Assembly (NCBI GenBank): GCA_017883205.1
Contig: JADGNZ010000001.1
Span: forward strand, 233,639 to 297,638
Source of the DNA: Thermoanaerobaculia bacterium
GTDB lineage: Bacteria > Acidobacteriota > Thermoanaerobaculia > Gp7-AA8
DNA length: 64,000 bases
Reading direction: 5' to 3'
The translations under genes were made by a program, and so were the position numbers. The stretch's first letter is position 1. Each line of letters starts with the position of its first letter. The notes under the pieces are model-generated. The model was not told where the DNA came from and searched no databases. It worked only from the letters and a program-made list of their open reading frames with translations. This document shows positions 16,283 to 27,904 of the stretch, piece by piece.

Positions 16283-17578
16283 GTGTGCGATCGCATTTTC
16301 ACACGTCTGCATCGCGATACACTCCGCGCCCGCTTGGCCACGCACGATCCGTATGCAGCGCTCCGCGTCCGCAATTTTCTCTGGCTGATCCTCGGCTACG
16401 CCACTTCGACGGTCGCCCGCGAGGCGCAGATCGTCGTCGTCGGCTGGCAGGTGTATCAGGTCACGCGCGATCCGCTAGCGCTCGGGATGATCGGCCTCGC
16501 CGAGGCGCTGCCGTTCATCGCCGTGGCGTTATATGCGGGACACGTTGCCGATCGGCTGCCGCGGCGTCCGATCGCCCTCGTTGGCACGTTCGGAATGCTG
16601 CTCTCGGCGATCGCGCTGCTGCTTTTCACCACCAGCGGGATGATCGCGCGCGGTCACGTCTGGCCGATCTACCTCGTCATCTTTCTCAGCGGCATCGCGC
16701 GCAGTTTCATCCGGCCGGCGTTCACGGCGTTGTCAGCCGAGGTCGTCACGCGCGATCTTTTCGCAAACGCCGTCGCCTGGCGCAGCTCAACGTGGCAGTT
16801 CGCCGCCGTGCTCGGTCCGGCCATGGGCGGATTGATCTATGGATTCGCCGGACCGGCAGCGGCGTACGCGGTCGTGATCGTGCTGATGACGCTTGCCCTC
16901 GGGGCGCTATGGTTCATCGCGCACGACGCGCGGCCGCGACAGGCCGAAGAGATCCCGATCGGCGACAGTCTTCGCATCGGCATCCGCTTCCTCCTCGGGC
17001 AACGAATCCTGCTCGCGGCGATGACGCTCGATCTCTTCTCCGTGCTTTTCGGCGGTGCGGTGGCGCTCCTGCCGATCTTCGCGCACATGCTCGGAGCGGG
17101 ACCGCAGGGTCTGGGCGTGCTTCGCGCTGCGCCGGCAGCGGGCTCGCTCGTCACCGGCATCATCGTTGCGCACCGGCGTCCGATGCGCCGCACCGGGGCC
17201 GCACTCTTCGCAGCGGTGGCAATCTTCGGCATCACGATCATCTTCTTCGCCCTGTCGCACAACTTCTGGATCTCGCTGGCGCTGCTGACCGTCGGCGGGA
17301 TGGCCGACAACGTGAGCGTGATCATCCGCGGCACGCTGCTGCAAACGTTGACGCCGCAGCACATGCTCGGGCGCGTATCGTCCGTGAATCAGATCTTCAT
17401 CGGCTCGTCGAACGAAATCGGCGCGTTCGAGTCGGGCGTGGCCGCGCGCATCCTCGGCACCGTGCCGTCAGTGATCTTCGGCGGCGTGATGACGCTGGTT
17501 GTGGTCGCTGTGACGATGGCGTGGTCGCCGCAGTTGCGAAAGATGCGGGAGATCGACGGGATCGGGATTTCGACATGA
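16283..17578 (+). CDS. MFS transporter (start uncertain)
   Basis: 431 aa with about 12 predicted hydrophobic helices. ...ALRVRNFLWLILGYATS... and ...GHVADRLPRR... are typical of the MFS_3/EntS-like family. The GTG at 16283 is only 2 nt from the divergent gene start; the TTG at 16334 is an alternative. Confidence 0.8.
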   Translation: MCDRIFTRLHRDTLRARLATHDPYAALRVRNFLWLILGYATSTVAREAQIVVVGWQVYQVTRDPLALGMIGLAEALPFIAVALYAGHVADRLPRRPIALVGTFGMLLSAIALLLFTTSGMIARGHVWPIYLVIFLSGIARSFIRPAFTALSAEVVTRDLFANAVAWRSSTWQFAAVLGPAMGGLIYGFAGPAAAYAVVIVLMTLALGALWFIAHDARPRQAEEIPIGDSLRIGIRFLLGQRILLAAMTLDLFSVLFGGAVALLPIFAHMLGAGPQGLGVLRAAPAAGSLVTGIIVAHRRPMRRTGAALFAAVAIFGITIIFFALSHNFWISLALLTVGGMADNVSVIIRGTLLQTLTPQHMLGRVSSVNQIFIGSSNEIGAFESGVAARILGTVPSVIFGGVMTLVVVAVTMAWSPQLRKMREIDGIGIST

Positions 17579-17648
17579 CGCGGCGGCGGGGACGCCGCCG
17601 GGCCAGCCGCCGAGACGGCAGCGTTCCGACAAGACTGTGGCCGTTCTT

Positions 17649-17681
17649 CTCCGACTCCCCACTCCCCACCCCCTACTCCCC
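17649..17681. repeat. single arm of the ggggagt heptamer repeat family
   Basis: The reverse complement of ctccgactccccactccccaccccctactcccc is ggggagtagggggtggggagtggggagtcggag. This is near-identical to the left arm at 6399-6422 but in opposite orientation. Confidence 0.8.
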
Positions 17682-17688
17682 AACAAAC

Positions 17689-17719
17689 AAAAACGCCGCC
17701 GAAACCGGCGGCGTTTTTC
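17689..17719. terminator. bidirectional rho-independent terminator between the MFS gene and secF
   Basis: aaaaaCGCCGCCGaaaCCGGCGGCGttttt is a GC stem with an A-run on one side and a T-run on the other. It lies between convergent genes. Confidence 0.85.
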
Positions 17720-17740
17720 GGGATGAGGACGTTTTAATTG

Positions 17741-18961
17741 TTAGCCCACGCGGCGCTTGCGCTGCTGCGGCGGCGGAGGCACTGTCTCGACGCGTGCTTC
17801 GACGCGAGAGCGCGTAGCCGGTCCGGAGAGATCGTGCGTACGGCCTGTCAGGTTGTTCCAGGCGATGGCAACCGCGGGAACGATCGTGACGGTCGAGTAG
17901 GTGCCGGCGAGAACGCCGATGAGAAGGATCCATGCAAACTCGTGGATCACCTTGCCGCCGAAGAGGATCAGGGCAACGAGAACGACCACGACAGAGCCTG
18001 ACGTCAGGATCGTTCGCGACAAGGTCTGGTTCATGGCCAGGTTGAGCTGCTCTTCGAGCGTCATGCGCGTCTTCAGCTTCCGCCTGTTCTCGCGGACGCG
18101 GTCGTACATGACGACGGTGTCATTGATCGAGAAGCCGACGATGAGGAGGAGTGCGGCGACGATGTTCAGCGAGAACTCGCCGTTGATCATCATCAGGAAA
18201 GCCAGCGACATGAGGACGTCGTGGACGATGCAGACGATCGCGGAGGCGCCGAACATCAGGTCGAAGCGGAGCCAGAGATAGGCGCCCATGGCCAGGGTGG
18301 AAAGGACGACGGCCCAGATGGCTTTCTGCTGCAGCTCGGCGCCGACCTGCGGACCGACTGTCTCCTGATTCAGCAGGTTGAACGCGCCGAGGAAGCATTT
18401 CTCGTTGAGGATGCGCGCAACGGCGGTCGTGACTCCGGGCGCCGAGGTGGCCTGGCTGATGGCCGTGAAGATGCCGACTTCCGAACGCTTGTTGATCACG
18501 TTCTGCGCGACGTTCCGGTAGTAGTCCTTCGACGTGGGCAGCGTGCCCTTCGCGTCGGGATCGAGCGAGTAGAGAAGCTCGGTCAGGCCGTCGCGGCCCT
18601 GAAAGTTGAGATCGAGCTTTGTCGCTGAGTCGGGATTGAGATCCTTGTTCAGCTTCGCAACGGTCTGTCCGGCGTAGTCGGCCTCTGTCTTCAACTTCGG
18701 CAGCCGGATGATCACGGCGCGCTCATCGGCTTTGCCGTACTGCTGGATCGAGGCATCGGCCAGGTCGGCGCGGAGGCGGTCCATCGGAACGGCGTCGCGG
18801 AACTTCAGCGTGACCGTGGCGCCGCCGGCGAAGTCGATGCCCCAGTTGATGCCGTGATTGAAGTACATGGCCAGTCCGCCCAGCATGAAGAGGACGGAAA
18901 AGCCGACGGCCATGAAGCGCCATCGAACGAAGTCAAATTTGGAATTGACGAATATCTGCAT
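17741..18961 (-). CDS. secF: protein translocase subunit SecF
   Basis: 406 aa. ...GINWGIDFAGGATVTLKF... with C-terminal SecD/SecF transmembrane helices. Lies downstream of secD. Confidence 0.92.
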   Translation of the reverse strand: MQIFVNSKFDFVRWRFMAVGFSVLFMLGGLAMYFNHGINWGIDFAGGATVTLKFRDAVPMDRLRADLADASIQQYGKADERAVIIRLPKLKTEADYAGQTVAKLNKDLNPDSATKLDLNFQGRDGLTELLYSLDPDAKGTLPTSKDYYRNVAQNVINKRSEVGIFTAISQATSAPGVTTAVARILNEKCFLGAFNLLNQETVGPQVGAELQQKAIWAVVLSTLAMGAYLWLRFDLMFGASAIVCIVHDVLMSLAFLMMINGEFSLNIVAALLLIVGFSINDTVVMYDRVRENRRKLKTRMTLEEQLNLAMNQTLSRTILTSGSVVVVLVALILFGGKVIHEFAWILLIGVLAGTYSTVTIVPAVAIAWNNLTGRTHDLSGPATRSRVEARVETVPPPPQQRKRRVG

Positions 18962-18982
18962 GGGTATCTCTCCTCGCCTGGC

Positions 18983-20551
18983 CTAGATGCTGATCTCGGT
19001 CGGGCGATCCTGCGCTTTGTACATGACGTCGAAGATCACGCGCGACACGAAGAACGCGGTGAAGACCGACGCGAACAGACCGATGAGAAGTGTGACGGCG
19101 AATCCTTTGATCGGGCCTGTTCCGAATTGAAACAGGAACAACGCCGAGATGATCGTCGTCATGTGGGTGTCGATGATGGTGCCGAACGCGCGCGAGAAGC
19201 CGTTCTCGATCGCGGCGCGGACGGTCTTGCCGTCGCGCAACTCTTCGCGGATACGCTCGAACACGAGGACGTTGGAGTCGATGGCCATGCCGAGCGTCAG
19301 GATGATGCCGGCGATTCCGGGCAGGGTCAGCGTGGCGTGGAAGATCGCCATCATGCCGAGCAGGATGACGAGATTCAGCAGCAGAGCGAGAACCGCGTTG
19401 ATTCCGGCGCCCTTGTAGTAGAGAAGCACGGAGAGAACCAGAGCGATGAAGCCGATGATCGACGCGAGGATGCCCTGGCGGATGGAGTCGCGGCCGAGCG
19501 ACGGTCCGACCGTCCGCTCTTCGAGAGTCGTCAGCGACGCCGGCAGCGATCCGCTGCGGAGCACGAGGGAGAGATCCGCGGCCTGCTGCGCCGAGAAGCT
19601 TCCTTCGATGACGCCGGAGTCGGTGATCTGGCTGTTGATGACCGGCGCGGACACGACCTTGTTGTCGAGGACGATGGCCAGCCGGCGATGCACGTTGGCG
19701 CCGGTGAGGTCGCCGAACTTGCGAGCACCATCAGGCGTGAGCGAGAAGCCGACGTTCGGCTGGCCGAGCTGGCCTTTCTGCACGCGGGCATTCTTGAGAT
19801 CGGTACCGGTGACCGGAACGGTCTTGCGAACCGCGTAGAACTCGATGCCTGCCGCGCGGCCCAGCGCGTCTTCCTTCGTGCCCGGGAGGATGTCGACTTC
19901 CGTCTTCATGTTGTCGGGAACGCTGGCCAGGGCCGCTGCCGCGTCGGAGCCGGGATTGCCTTCGACGAGGCGGAACTGCAGTTGGGCCGTCGTCTTGATG
20001 ATGTCTTTCACGCGCGCCGGGTCGTCGACGCCGGGCAACTGAATGACGATGCGATAGCCGCTCTCGGGTGCGATGTAGGGCTCGGTGACGCCGAGGGCGT
20101 TGACGCGGTTGTCGATGGTCTCGACGGTGTGGGCAACCGTATCGCGCTCGATGGCCGTCTGCGACGCCGTCTTCATCTTGAACTGCATCAACCCTTCGGG
20201 TGTGCGGCCGGTGTCGAAGGAGGGGAGGAAGTCTTTACCGATCGTCTCGTACGGAGTGGCCGGCGTATCGGCCGGAAGCGTGGCCACGAACGTTGTGTCG
20301 TTCACGCGGCGCGTCGTCGGAATCGGCAGATTGGTTTTCTTCGCCTGCGCCTTCAGCATCTCCGAGGCCTGGTCGGTCTCGAGGCGAACGGCGTCGCCGA
20401 CGTTGACGCGCATGACCAGATGCGTACCGCCCTTCAGGTCGAGACCGCGTCGGATCGGCTCAGGGTTGTCTTGGGTCGGTATCGTCGCGGCGGCGAAGCC
20501 GACGAGGACAACGAGGATCAGGATGACTTTCCACAACAGACCTCTAGTCAA
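18983..20551 (-). CDS. secD: protein translocase subunit SecD
   Basis: 522 aa. The TTG start is preceded by GGAGG. ...GLDLKGGTHLVMRV... and the C-terminal transmembrane bundle ...GTIIDTHMTTIISALFLF... are present. Confidence 0.92.
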   Translation of the reverse strand: MTRGLLWKVILILVVLVGFAAATIPTQDNPEPIRRGLDLKGGTHLVMRVNVGDAVRLETDQASEMLKAQAKKTNLPIPTTRRVNDTTFVATLPADTPATPYETIGKDFLPSFDTGRTPEGLMQFKMKTASQTAIERDTVAHTVETIDNRVNALGVTEPYIAPESGYRIVIQLPGVDDPARVKDIIKTTAQLQFRLVEGNPGSDAAAALASVPDNMKTEVDILPGTKEDALGRAAGIEFYAVRKTVPVTGTDLKNARVQKGQLGQPNVGFSLTPDGARKFGDLTGANVHRRLAIVLDNKVVSAPVINSQITDSGVIEGSFSAQQAADLSLVLRSGSLPASLTTLEERTVGPSLGRDSIRQGILASIIGFIALVLSVLLYYKGAGINAVLALLLNLVILLGMMAIFHATLTLPGIAGIILTLGMAIDSNVLVFERIREELRDGKTVRAAIENGFSRAFGTIIDTHMTTIISALFLFQFGTGPIKGFAVTLLIGLFASVFTAFFVSRVIFDVMYKAQDRPTEISI

Positions 20552-20578
20552 GATTTCCTCCAGGAAGATAGGGGGCGG

Positions 20579-20896
20579 TCACTCGGCCGCATCGCCCGTG
20601 GTGATTCCGGTGATCGCTGAACGTGCAACCTTGACCTTCACATTCTCGGCGATCTTCAGGTAGACAACTTCGGGCTCAACAGCCTGAATCGTCCCGTAAA
20701 TCCCGCCCGACGTAAGGACGCGATCACCCTTTTTGAGCGTACTCAGCATTTCCGCCGTCTTCCGCCGCTGCTTGTTCGCGGGGGCGATGACGAGGAAGTA
20801 GAAAACAAGAAAGATTGCCGCAATCGGCAGGATGTTGATGAGAAAAGAGGCCGTTCCGCCGGAACCGGCTTGGAGAAGCAAAGCAATCGCTGTCAT
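20579..20896 (-). CDS. yajC: preprotein translocase subunit YajC
   Basis: 105 aa with a single transmembrane segment followed by ...LKKGDRVLTSGGIYGTI.... Lies between tgt and secD. Confidence 0.9.
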   Translation of the reverse strand: MTAIALLLQAGSGGTASFLINILPIAAIFLVFYFLVIAPANKQRRKTAEMLSTLKKGDRVLTSGGIYGTIQAVEPEVVYLKIAENVKVKVARSAITGITTGDAAE

Positions 20897-20936
20897 ATCG
20901 TTTTTCTCTGTTTTTCGCTCGGGGGCTCTCTGTCGA

Positions 20937-22620
<1,684 letters not shown>

Positions 22621-22725
22621 CCTTCAGAGTCTGCTCTGGCCGCGCAACAGTTCGGCGCAGCCTCACCGACAATCGAGAACGCGCGAAGCGCAACCAACCG
22701 ACAACCGACAACGCGCGCAGCGCAG

Positions 22726-23421
22726 CTACTGCAGCTTCATCGATTCCACGTGCACGCTGCTGGGAAGGGCGAGAGTGAAGCGGCTCTGCTCCACCGGTGC
22801 ATTGACCTTCACATTCGTGAACTCGTAGCGGGTCTTGTCCCCGTCGCCCTCGGTGTACTCGAACTGCGTCGTGAGGTAGCTCTTCCTGTCGATGAAGATC
22901 TTGATGTGACGCACGCGCTTGGCGACCGCCTTGTTCTTCGGAGCGAGGTCGAGAACGAAGTAGGGCTTGTCGGACGTGTTCGTAAACGTGAAGTTGAACC
23001 AGGCGCCCAGCTCATCGATCGCGCCGCTGGCTCCCATGTACTTGAAGATGCGGTCCTGGTACTGCTTCACCTCGACCCGCTCGGCTTTGCCGAGGTCCGG
23101 ATAGTAGGTCGTGAGCACGCCGTTGGCGATGAGCATGGTCACCCGTTTCGGGGCATCGTAGGTCCAGAGGACGTTGTTCGGCTTCGAGTAGACGAACCGC
23201 CCGGTAGACACCTCGGTGTTGGACAGGAGGGCGAGGGTTTTCTCCTGTCGAAAGTCCGCCTGGAGCGTGTTTGTATTGTTTTGCGCGAGCTGTACTTTGC
23301 CAATCACTTCGTCGAGCGAGTCGGGGGCCAGCGCCCGGCGCGCCGCTACCGCCGGAATGGCCAAAGCAGACAAGCAGAGAGTGAACGCGAAAAACTTCCT
23401 GATCAACATGGGCTGACCCAA
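22726..23421 (-). CDS. LolA-like outer-membrane lipoprotein carrier/sorting protein
   Basis: 231 aa with a signal peptide (FFAFTLCLSALAIPAVA). ...LQADFRQEK...GRFVYSKPNNVLWTYDAP... is typical of LolA-family proteins. An alternative ATG lies at 23409. Confidence 0.75.
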   Translation of the reverse strand: MGQPMLIRKFFAFTLCLSALAIPAVAARRALAPDSLDEVIGKVQLAQNNTNTLQADFRQEKTLALLSNTEVSTGRFVYSKPNNVLWTYDAPKRVTMLIANGVLTTYYPDLGKAERVEVKQYQDRIFKYMGASGAIDELGAWFNFTFTNTSDKPYFVLDLAPKNKAVAKRVRHIKIFIDRKSYLTTQFEYTEGDGDKTRYEFTNVKVNAPVEQSRFTLALPSSVHVESMKLQ

Positions 23422-23485
23422 CGCCCCGCCGGAAAGTCGTATTTCAGGCCGGGCGAGTTATACTCAGTGAAAACTGAGGTTATTG

Positions 23486-24349
23486 ATGAAAAAGAACTTG
23501 CCGGCAATTGCCATCCTGTTCACCGTCGTGCTCACGGCCGCAAGTACCCCGTCCGCTACCGCTGCGATCGCGTACGAGTTCCGGCAAACGACGTCGTCGG
23601 ACCTCGAATCGATCCCTTCGAGCGATTGCGCCGGTCGTGCCATCATCGACGGCGACCGCTCCCGCGTGGAGTTTCTCGCCGGGAACACCTATCCGGTCGG
23701 CACCTACATCATCGCCACCAACGGCTCGCGAACCATGACTTTCATCGATCCCTCGAGGAAGTCGTTCGTGGAGGTCAATGCCGGCAGCGTCGCCAGCTCC
23801 ATCGGCGCCCGCAAGATCACCATCGCAAACAAGAAGACCGATCTCACCAAACTGCCTGACCAGACCACCATCGCCGGCTTTCCGACCGAGCACTACCGCC
23901 TGGTCATGAGCTATGACATCACCGTCGCCTTCGGCAGCCTTCCACTCACCCAGAGCGTGAAGACGACCATCGACAAATGGACGACCACCGCCTTCGGCGA
24001 TGTCGGCGACACGTTCCTCGCCAGCGGAGCGCTTCGAACCGGAAACCCCGACCTCGACTCGATCGTCTCGGCGGAAAACACGAACATCAAAGGATTTGCG
24101 CTCAGGCAGGTCGTCAGCGTCACGACGATCAATAACCGCGCCGCGGCCAACACTGACTCGCAGTTGCACATCAACCGCACGGTGACACAGACCAGCGAAC
24201 TGGTCATCACGTCGATTCAACCATCCGCAAAGGTCTCGCTGGCGACGTTCGTCGTTCCTCTGACCTACCACAAGGCCGGGCCGGTCCAGGACGATACCCA
24301 GAAATCGCCGATGCAGACGTTATCGATGGAGCCGAGTGGACAGGAGTGA
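23486..24349 (+). CDS. secreted hypothetical protein
   Basis: The ATG at 23486 is preceded by GAGG. There is a signal peptide (MKKNLPAIAILFTVVLTAASTPSATA), and composition is beta-rich and Thr/Ser-rich. No recognisable motif. Confidence 0.7.
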   Translation: MKKNLPAIAILFTVVLTAASTPSATAAIAYEFRQTTSSDLESIPSSDCAGRAIIDGDRSRVEFLAGNTYPVGTYIIATNGSRTMTFIDPSRKSFVEVNAGSVASSIGARKITIANKKTDLTKLPDQTTIAGFPTEHYRLVMSYDITVAFGSLPLTQSVKTTIDKWTTTAFGDVGDTFLASGALRTGNPDLDSIVSAENTNIKGFALRQVVSVTTINNRAAANTDSQLHINRTVTQTSELVITSIQPSAKVSLATFVVPLTYHKAGPVQDDTQKSPMQTLSMEPSGQE

Positions 24350-24353
24350 GTAA

Positions 24354-24550
24354 ATCAGAGATCAGAGACGAGAGATCAGAGACGAGAGATCAGAGACTGA
24401 CAGACAACACTTTGGGGAACCCTGCTAGTCTCTAGTCTCTGATCTCCAGTCTTTGGCAACCCTGATCACTAGTCTCTGATCTCCGGTCTTTGGTAGCCCC
24501 TGATCTCTAGTCTCTGATCCCTGGTCTCTGCTTTTCCAGTCTCTGATCCA
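24354..24550. repeat. complex microsatellite-hairpin region (cagagat/cagagac heptamers and their complement)
   Basis: atcagagatcagagacgagagatcagagacgagagatcagagactg is followed by several blocks of the complement (tagtctctgatctcc...). These include a ~37-bp direct duplication (about 24434-24510). Confidence 0.8.
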
Positions 24551-24580
24551 ATCTCACTTCGGGCGGTCGGGAGGGCGTGC

Positions 24581-25963
24581 ATGGTACGATCCGGTCAATT
24601 CGTCCGCGGAACCGGTTCAAGATCGATGAAAAGATCGTTTTCTATCGCTGAGGTCGTGCGACGTTTCGCCCACCAGCCCCGAGTGTACGCTGCGATAGCC
24701 TTGCCTCTGGCGATTCCCTTCGTTCTCGCTGCCGTCACCACCGATGGCGCCCTCACGCAGTCGCCGATCGTGAACAGCGCGGCAATGATTGCCGGTCCCT
24801 CAATCCGCTACGCGGATCTCACCGCCCCGACAGCAGCCTCGCTTCCCGAACACTCCGTAGTCCTGACAGTCGAAGACGGCGACACGCTCGAATCAGTCCT
24901 CCTCGCCGGCGGTCTGGGCCGGACAGACGTCGGCACGCTCAATTCCGAGTTTGGCAAGACCATCGACCTCCGCCGTCTCCGTCCCGGCCACCTACTCCGC
25001 TTTCACTACGACACTCGAGGCAGCGTGGACAGCGTCGAGATGAAGGTCACTGGCTGGGGTGAGATCGACGCGGTGCGCAACGCCTCGGGATTCACGATCA
25101 CACCGCGCGAAGCGCAGCAGCGCGAGGTCGAGACCACCGTCTCCGCCGCCATCGACTCATCGCTGTGGGATGCCGTTCGCGGCGCCGGCGAAGGTCCGGG
25201 GCTCGTTTCCGAGCTGGCCGACGTTTTCCAATGGGACATCGACTTCTTCGCGCTGCAGAAGGGCGACTCGTTCAGCGTCGTCGTCAACAAGCGGTACGCA
25301 GGCTCTGATCTCGTCGGATACGGCCCGATCGTCGCGGCGCGCTTCTCGTACGAAGGGAAAACGTACGAGGCTTTCCGCTGCCAGACTCCCGATGGCCGCG
25401 CAGGCTACTACGCCCGCAACGGCAGTCCGCTTCGCAAGCAATTCCTCCGCGCGCCGCTGCAATTCAGCCGGATCACCTCGGGATTCTCAAAGAGCCGCTA
25501 CCATCCTCTGTTGCACATCTTCCGGCCGCATCATGGCGTCGACTACGGCGCTCCGGTCGGGACGCCGGTGATGACGACCGCTGACGGTGTCGTCATGGCT
25601 GCCACGTACAACCACGGCGAGGGCAACTACGTGCGCATCCGTCACAGCGCGCGGATCGAGACGTCGTACCTCCACCTTTCGCGCTTCGCGAAAGGCATCA
25701 AGCCGGGCAAGAGCGTGAACCAGGGCGAGGTGATCGGCTACGTCGGAGCCACCGGTCTCGCCACCGGCCCGCATCTCGACTACCGCGTGTCCGACAACGG
25801 CACGTGGCTCAATCCTCTGGAGCTCAAATCGCTCACATCCGATCCGCTTCGCGGCGACTCCCTCGGCGCCTTCCGCACCAGCGTTGCTGCTCTGAGTCCG
25901 AAGCTGGACACTCCGGCACAGCAACTCATCGCCTTCGCGGCGAAACGGCGGGCACTTTTCTAG
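24581..25963 (+). CDS. M23 family metallopeptidase (MepM/OapA-like architecture)
   Basis: 460 aa. The C-terminal domain has HHGVDYGAPVGTPV (HxxxD) and GATGLATGPHLDYRV. The ATG at 24581 is preceded by GGGAGG; an alternative ATG lies at 24626. Confidence 0.85.
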   Translation: MVRSGQFVRGTGSRSMKRSFSIAEVVRRFAHQPRVYAAIALPLAIPFVLAAVTTDGALTQSPIVNSAAMIAGPSIRYADLTAPTAASLPEHSVVLTVEDGDTLESVLLAGGLGRTDVGTLNSEFGKTIDLRRLRPGHLLRFHYDTRGSVDSVEMKVTGWGEIDAVRNASGFTITPREAQQREVETTVSAAIDSSLWDAVRGAGEGPGLVSELADVFQWDIDFFALQKGDSFSVVVNKRYAGSDLVGYGPIVAARFSYEGKTYEAFRCQTPDGRAGYYARNGSPLRKQFLRAPLQFSRITSGFSKSRYHPLLHIFRPHHGVDYGAPVGTPVMTTADGVVMAATYNHGEGNYVRIRHSARIETSYLHLSRFAKGIKPGKSVNQGEVIGYVGATGLATGPHLDYRVSDNGTWLNPLELKSLTSDPLRGDSLGAFRTSVAALSPKLDTPAQQLIAFAAKRRALF

Positions 25964-25993
25964 CAGTCGCACGGATCAACGAACGCCCACCCC

Positions 25994-27847
25994 ATGAAAA
26001 AGGTCATTGTCCGCGCGCCGGTGCGCGCCGATCTCGCTGGCGGCACCCTCGATCTCTGGCCGCTCTACCTTTTTCATCCCGGCTCGCGCACCGTCAACGT
26101 CGCCATCTCGTACCACGCCGAATCCGAAGTCGAAGAGACGGGCGATGATGCCATCGACATCCACCTAACCGATCAGCAATACGAGCAGCGCTACCAGTCG
26201 ATCCACGAGCTGGCTGCCGATCCGAAGGCGGCGCTGATTCATCGCGCTCTCGAGCACTTTCACCTCACTGGCATCCGCATCACCACCCGCACCGACGCCC
26301 CGCGCGGTTCCGGCCTCGGCGGCTCCTCCGCGCTGACGATCACGCTCGTTCGCGCACTCTCCGAGCTCGCCGGTGCGCCAATCGAGGGCGACGATCTCAT
26401 CGCGCTCGTCCGCGATCTCGAAACACGCCTTCTTGGCGTGCCGGCCGGCATTCAGGATTACTACCCTCCGGTCTACGGCGGCCTCATGGCCATCCATCTG
26501 AACCCGGGCGCCGTCCTGCGGCATCCCATCGCTCTGCCGGTGGAACGTCTGGCCGAGCACATGCTCCTGCACTACACCGGCGTCGCGCACTTCTCCGGCA
26601 CGAACAACTGGGACATCTACAAACGCCAGATCGAAGGCAAGAAGAAGATTCACAAAGGCCTCGACCGCATCGCTGAGAGCGCCATCGAGATGGAGAAGGC
26701 CCTCGAGAGCGGCGACATGGAAGCAGCCGGCATCGCCCTCGGACACGAGTGGAAGAACCGCAAAGCGCTGATCGATGGGATCTCGACTCCGGAGATCGAG
26801 TCTGCGATCGCAGCCGCGGTCGGGGCGGGCGCATGGTCAGGGAAAGTCTGCGGCGCGGGAGGCGGCGGTTGCATCGTCTTCCTGATGCCGCCGGAGCGCC
26901 GCGAATCCGTACGCGAGGCACTGGCGCACGTCCCCGGACAAGTCATCGACGCCCATCCAGTCGCACACGGCATGATCATCGAGCGCAGCGACGACCTGCC
27001 GAAAGCTCGGCCGCGCTTCAAGATGCGCAGCTCCCCATCGCTCGAACAGCTCTACGTGTTCGGCGGCAGCGGCGCGTACAAACCGCACCTGCTCGCGGAA
27101 GCGATCATCACGCAGAGCGAGCCACGCAGCGGCCTGCACGTCGACATCGTCAGAAGCTTCGTCGCGCCGATGCGCGCCAGCGACGGCACGGTTCGGTGGG
27201 CCGAGGCACGAACAGTCGAGCCGGAAAAACTGGACATCCGCGCGGTACCCGATCCCAACCACCACGTCGATGACGGTCTGAAACCGGAGATGCTCATGCA
27301 GGGGGCGCTTCTGTCGGAGGACGCGTTCCGCGACTACGTGAGCGGCACGGCCAAGCTGACCCTCCTTCACAACCCCGAGTTCGATCTTTACTCGCAGCAG
27401 GACGAAGGGCGCTCCGCGTTCCTGAAGCGTTGCAGTGAAGAGGCAAGACTCCGCATCGATCTCCAGCAGGAAAAGCTGGAAAGCACCTTCCGCCGCCGCA
27501 TCGACCAGGTGAAGGAGCTCTCCGAGCGCGATCAGCGCGAACGCGAAGCCAGCGACGAAACGGCCGAAAGCGAGCGCGGTCCCGACGTCAACGTCGCCTG
27601 GGGCCAGACCATCTACAACATTACCAGCGGCAAACCCGCCGCCGTAGACGAATCGCCCCACTCCCTGCGCGAAGACGACTACCTCTCCAAAATCCGCCAG
27701 ATCCAACGATCCTGGGACAAAGAGCTCCAGGTCATCCGCGAGGAGCTGGAAGCCAAAGCCCGCGAGATCGAGGAGATCGTGATCACGCCCAGCGCCCGGA
27801 ACATCGAGATCACGAAGTACCTGATCCTCTGGGCGGCAGGGCTGTAG
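25994..27847 (+). CDS. GHMP-family sugar kinase (fucokinase/HddA-like) fused to a ~280-aa C-terminal region of unknown function
   Basis: 617 aa. RAPVRADLAGGTLDLWP, PRGSGLGGSSAL (GHMP motif II) and CGAGGGGC (motif III) lie within the first ~330 aa. The remainder has no recognised motif and includes a charged coiled-coil-like stretch. Confidence 0.8.
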   Translation: MKKVIVRAPVRADLAGGTLDLWPLYLFHPGSRTVNVAISYHAESEVEETGDDAIDIHLTDQQYEQRYQSIHELAADPKAALIHRALEHFHLTGIRITTRTDAPRGSGLGGSSALTITLVRALSELAGAPIEGDDLIALVRDLETRLLGVPAGIQDYYPPVYGGLMAIHLNPGAVLRHPIALPVERLAEHMLLHYTGVAHFSGTNNWDIYKRQIEGKKKIHKGLDRIAESAIEMEKALESGDMEAAGIALGHEWKNRKALIDGISTPEIESAIAAAVGAGAWSGKVCGAGGGGCIVFLMPPERRESVREALAHVPGQVIDAHPVAHGMIIERSDDLPKARPRFKMRSSPSLEQLYVFGGSGAYKPHLLAEAIITQSEPRSGLHVDIVRSFVAPMRASDGTVRWAEARTVEPEKLDIRAVPDPNHHVDDGLKPEMLMQGALLSEDAFRDYVSGTAKLTLLHNPEFDLYSQQDEGRSAFLKRCSEEARLRIDLQQEKLESTFRRRIDQVKELSERDQREREASDETAESERGPDVNVAWGQTIYNITSGKPAAVDESPHSLREDDYLSKIRQIQRSWDKELQVIREELEAKAREIEEIVITPSARNIEITKYLILWAAGL

Positions 27848-27904
27848 GCCTCACGGCCTGCCCTCGGAATTCCCACTCCCGCCCCGTGTTAGGATGCACC
27901 CGAG

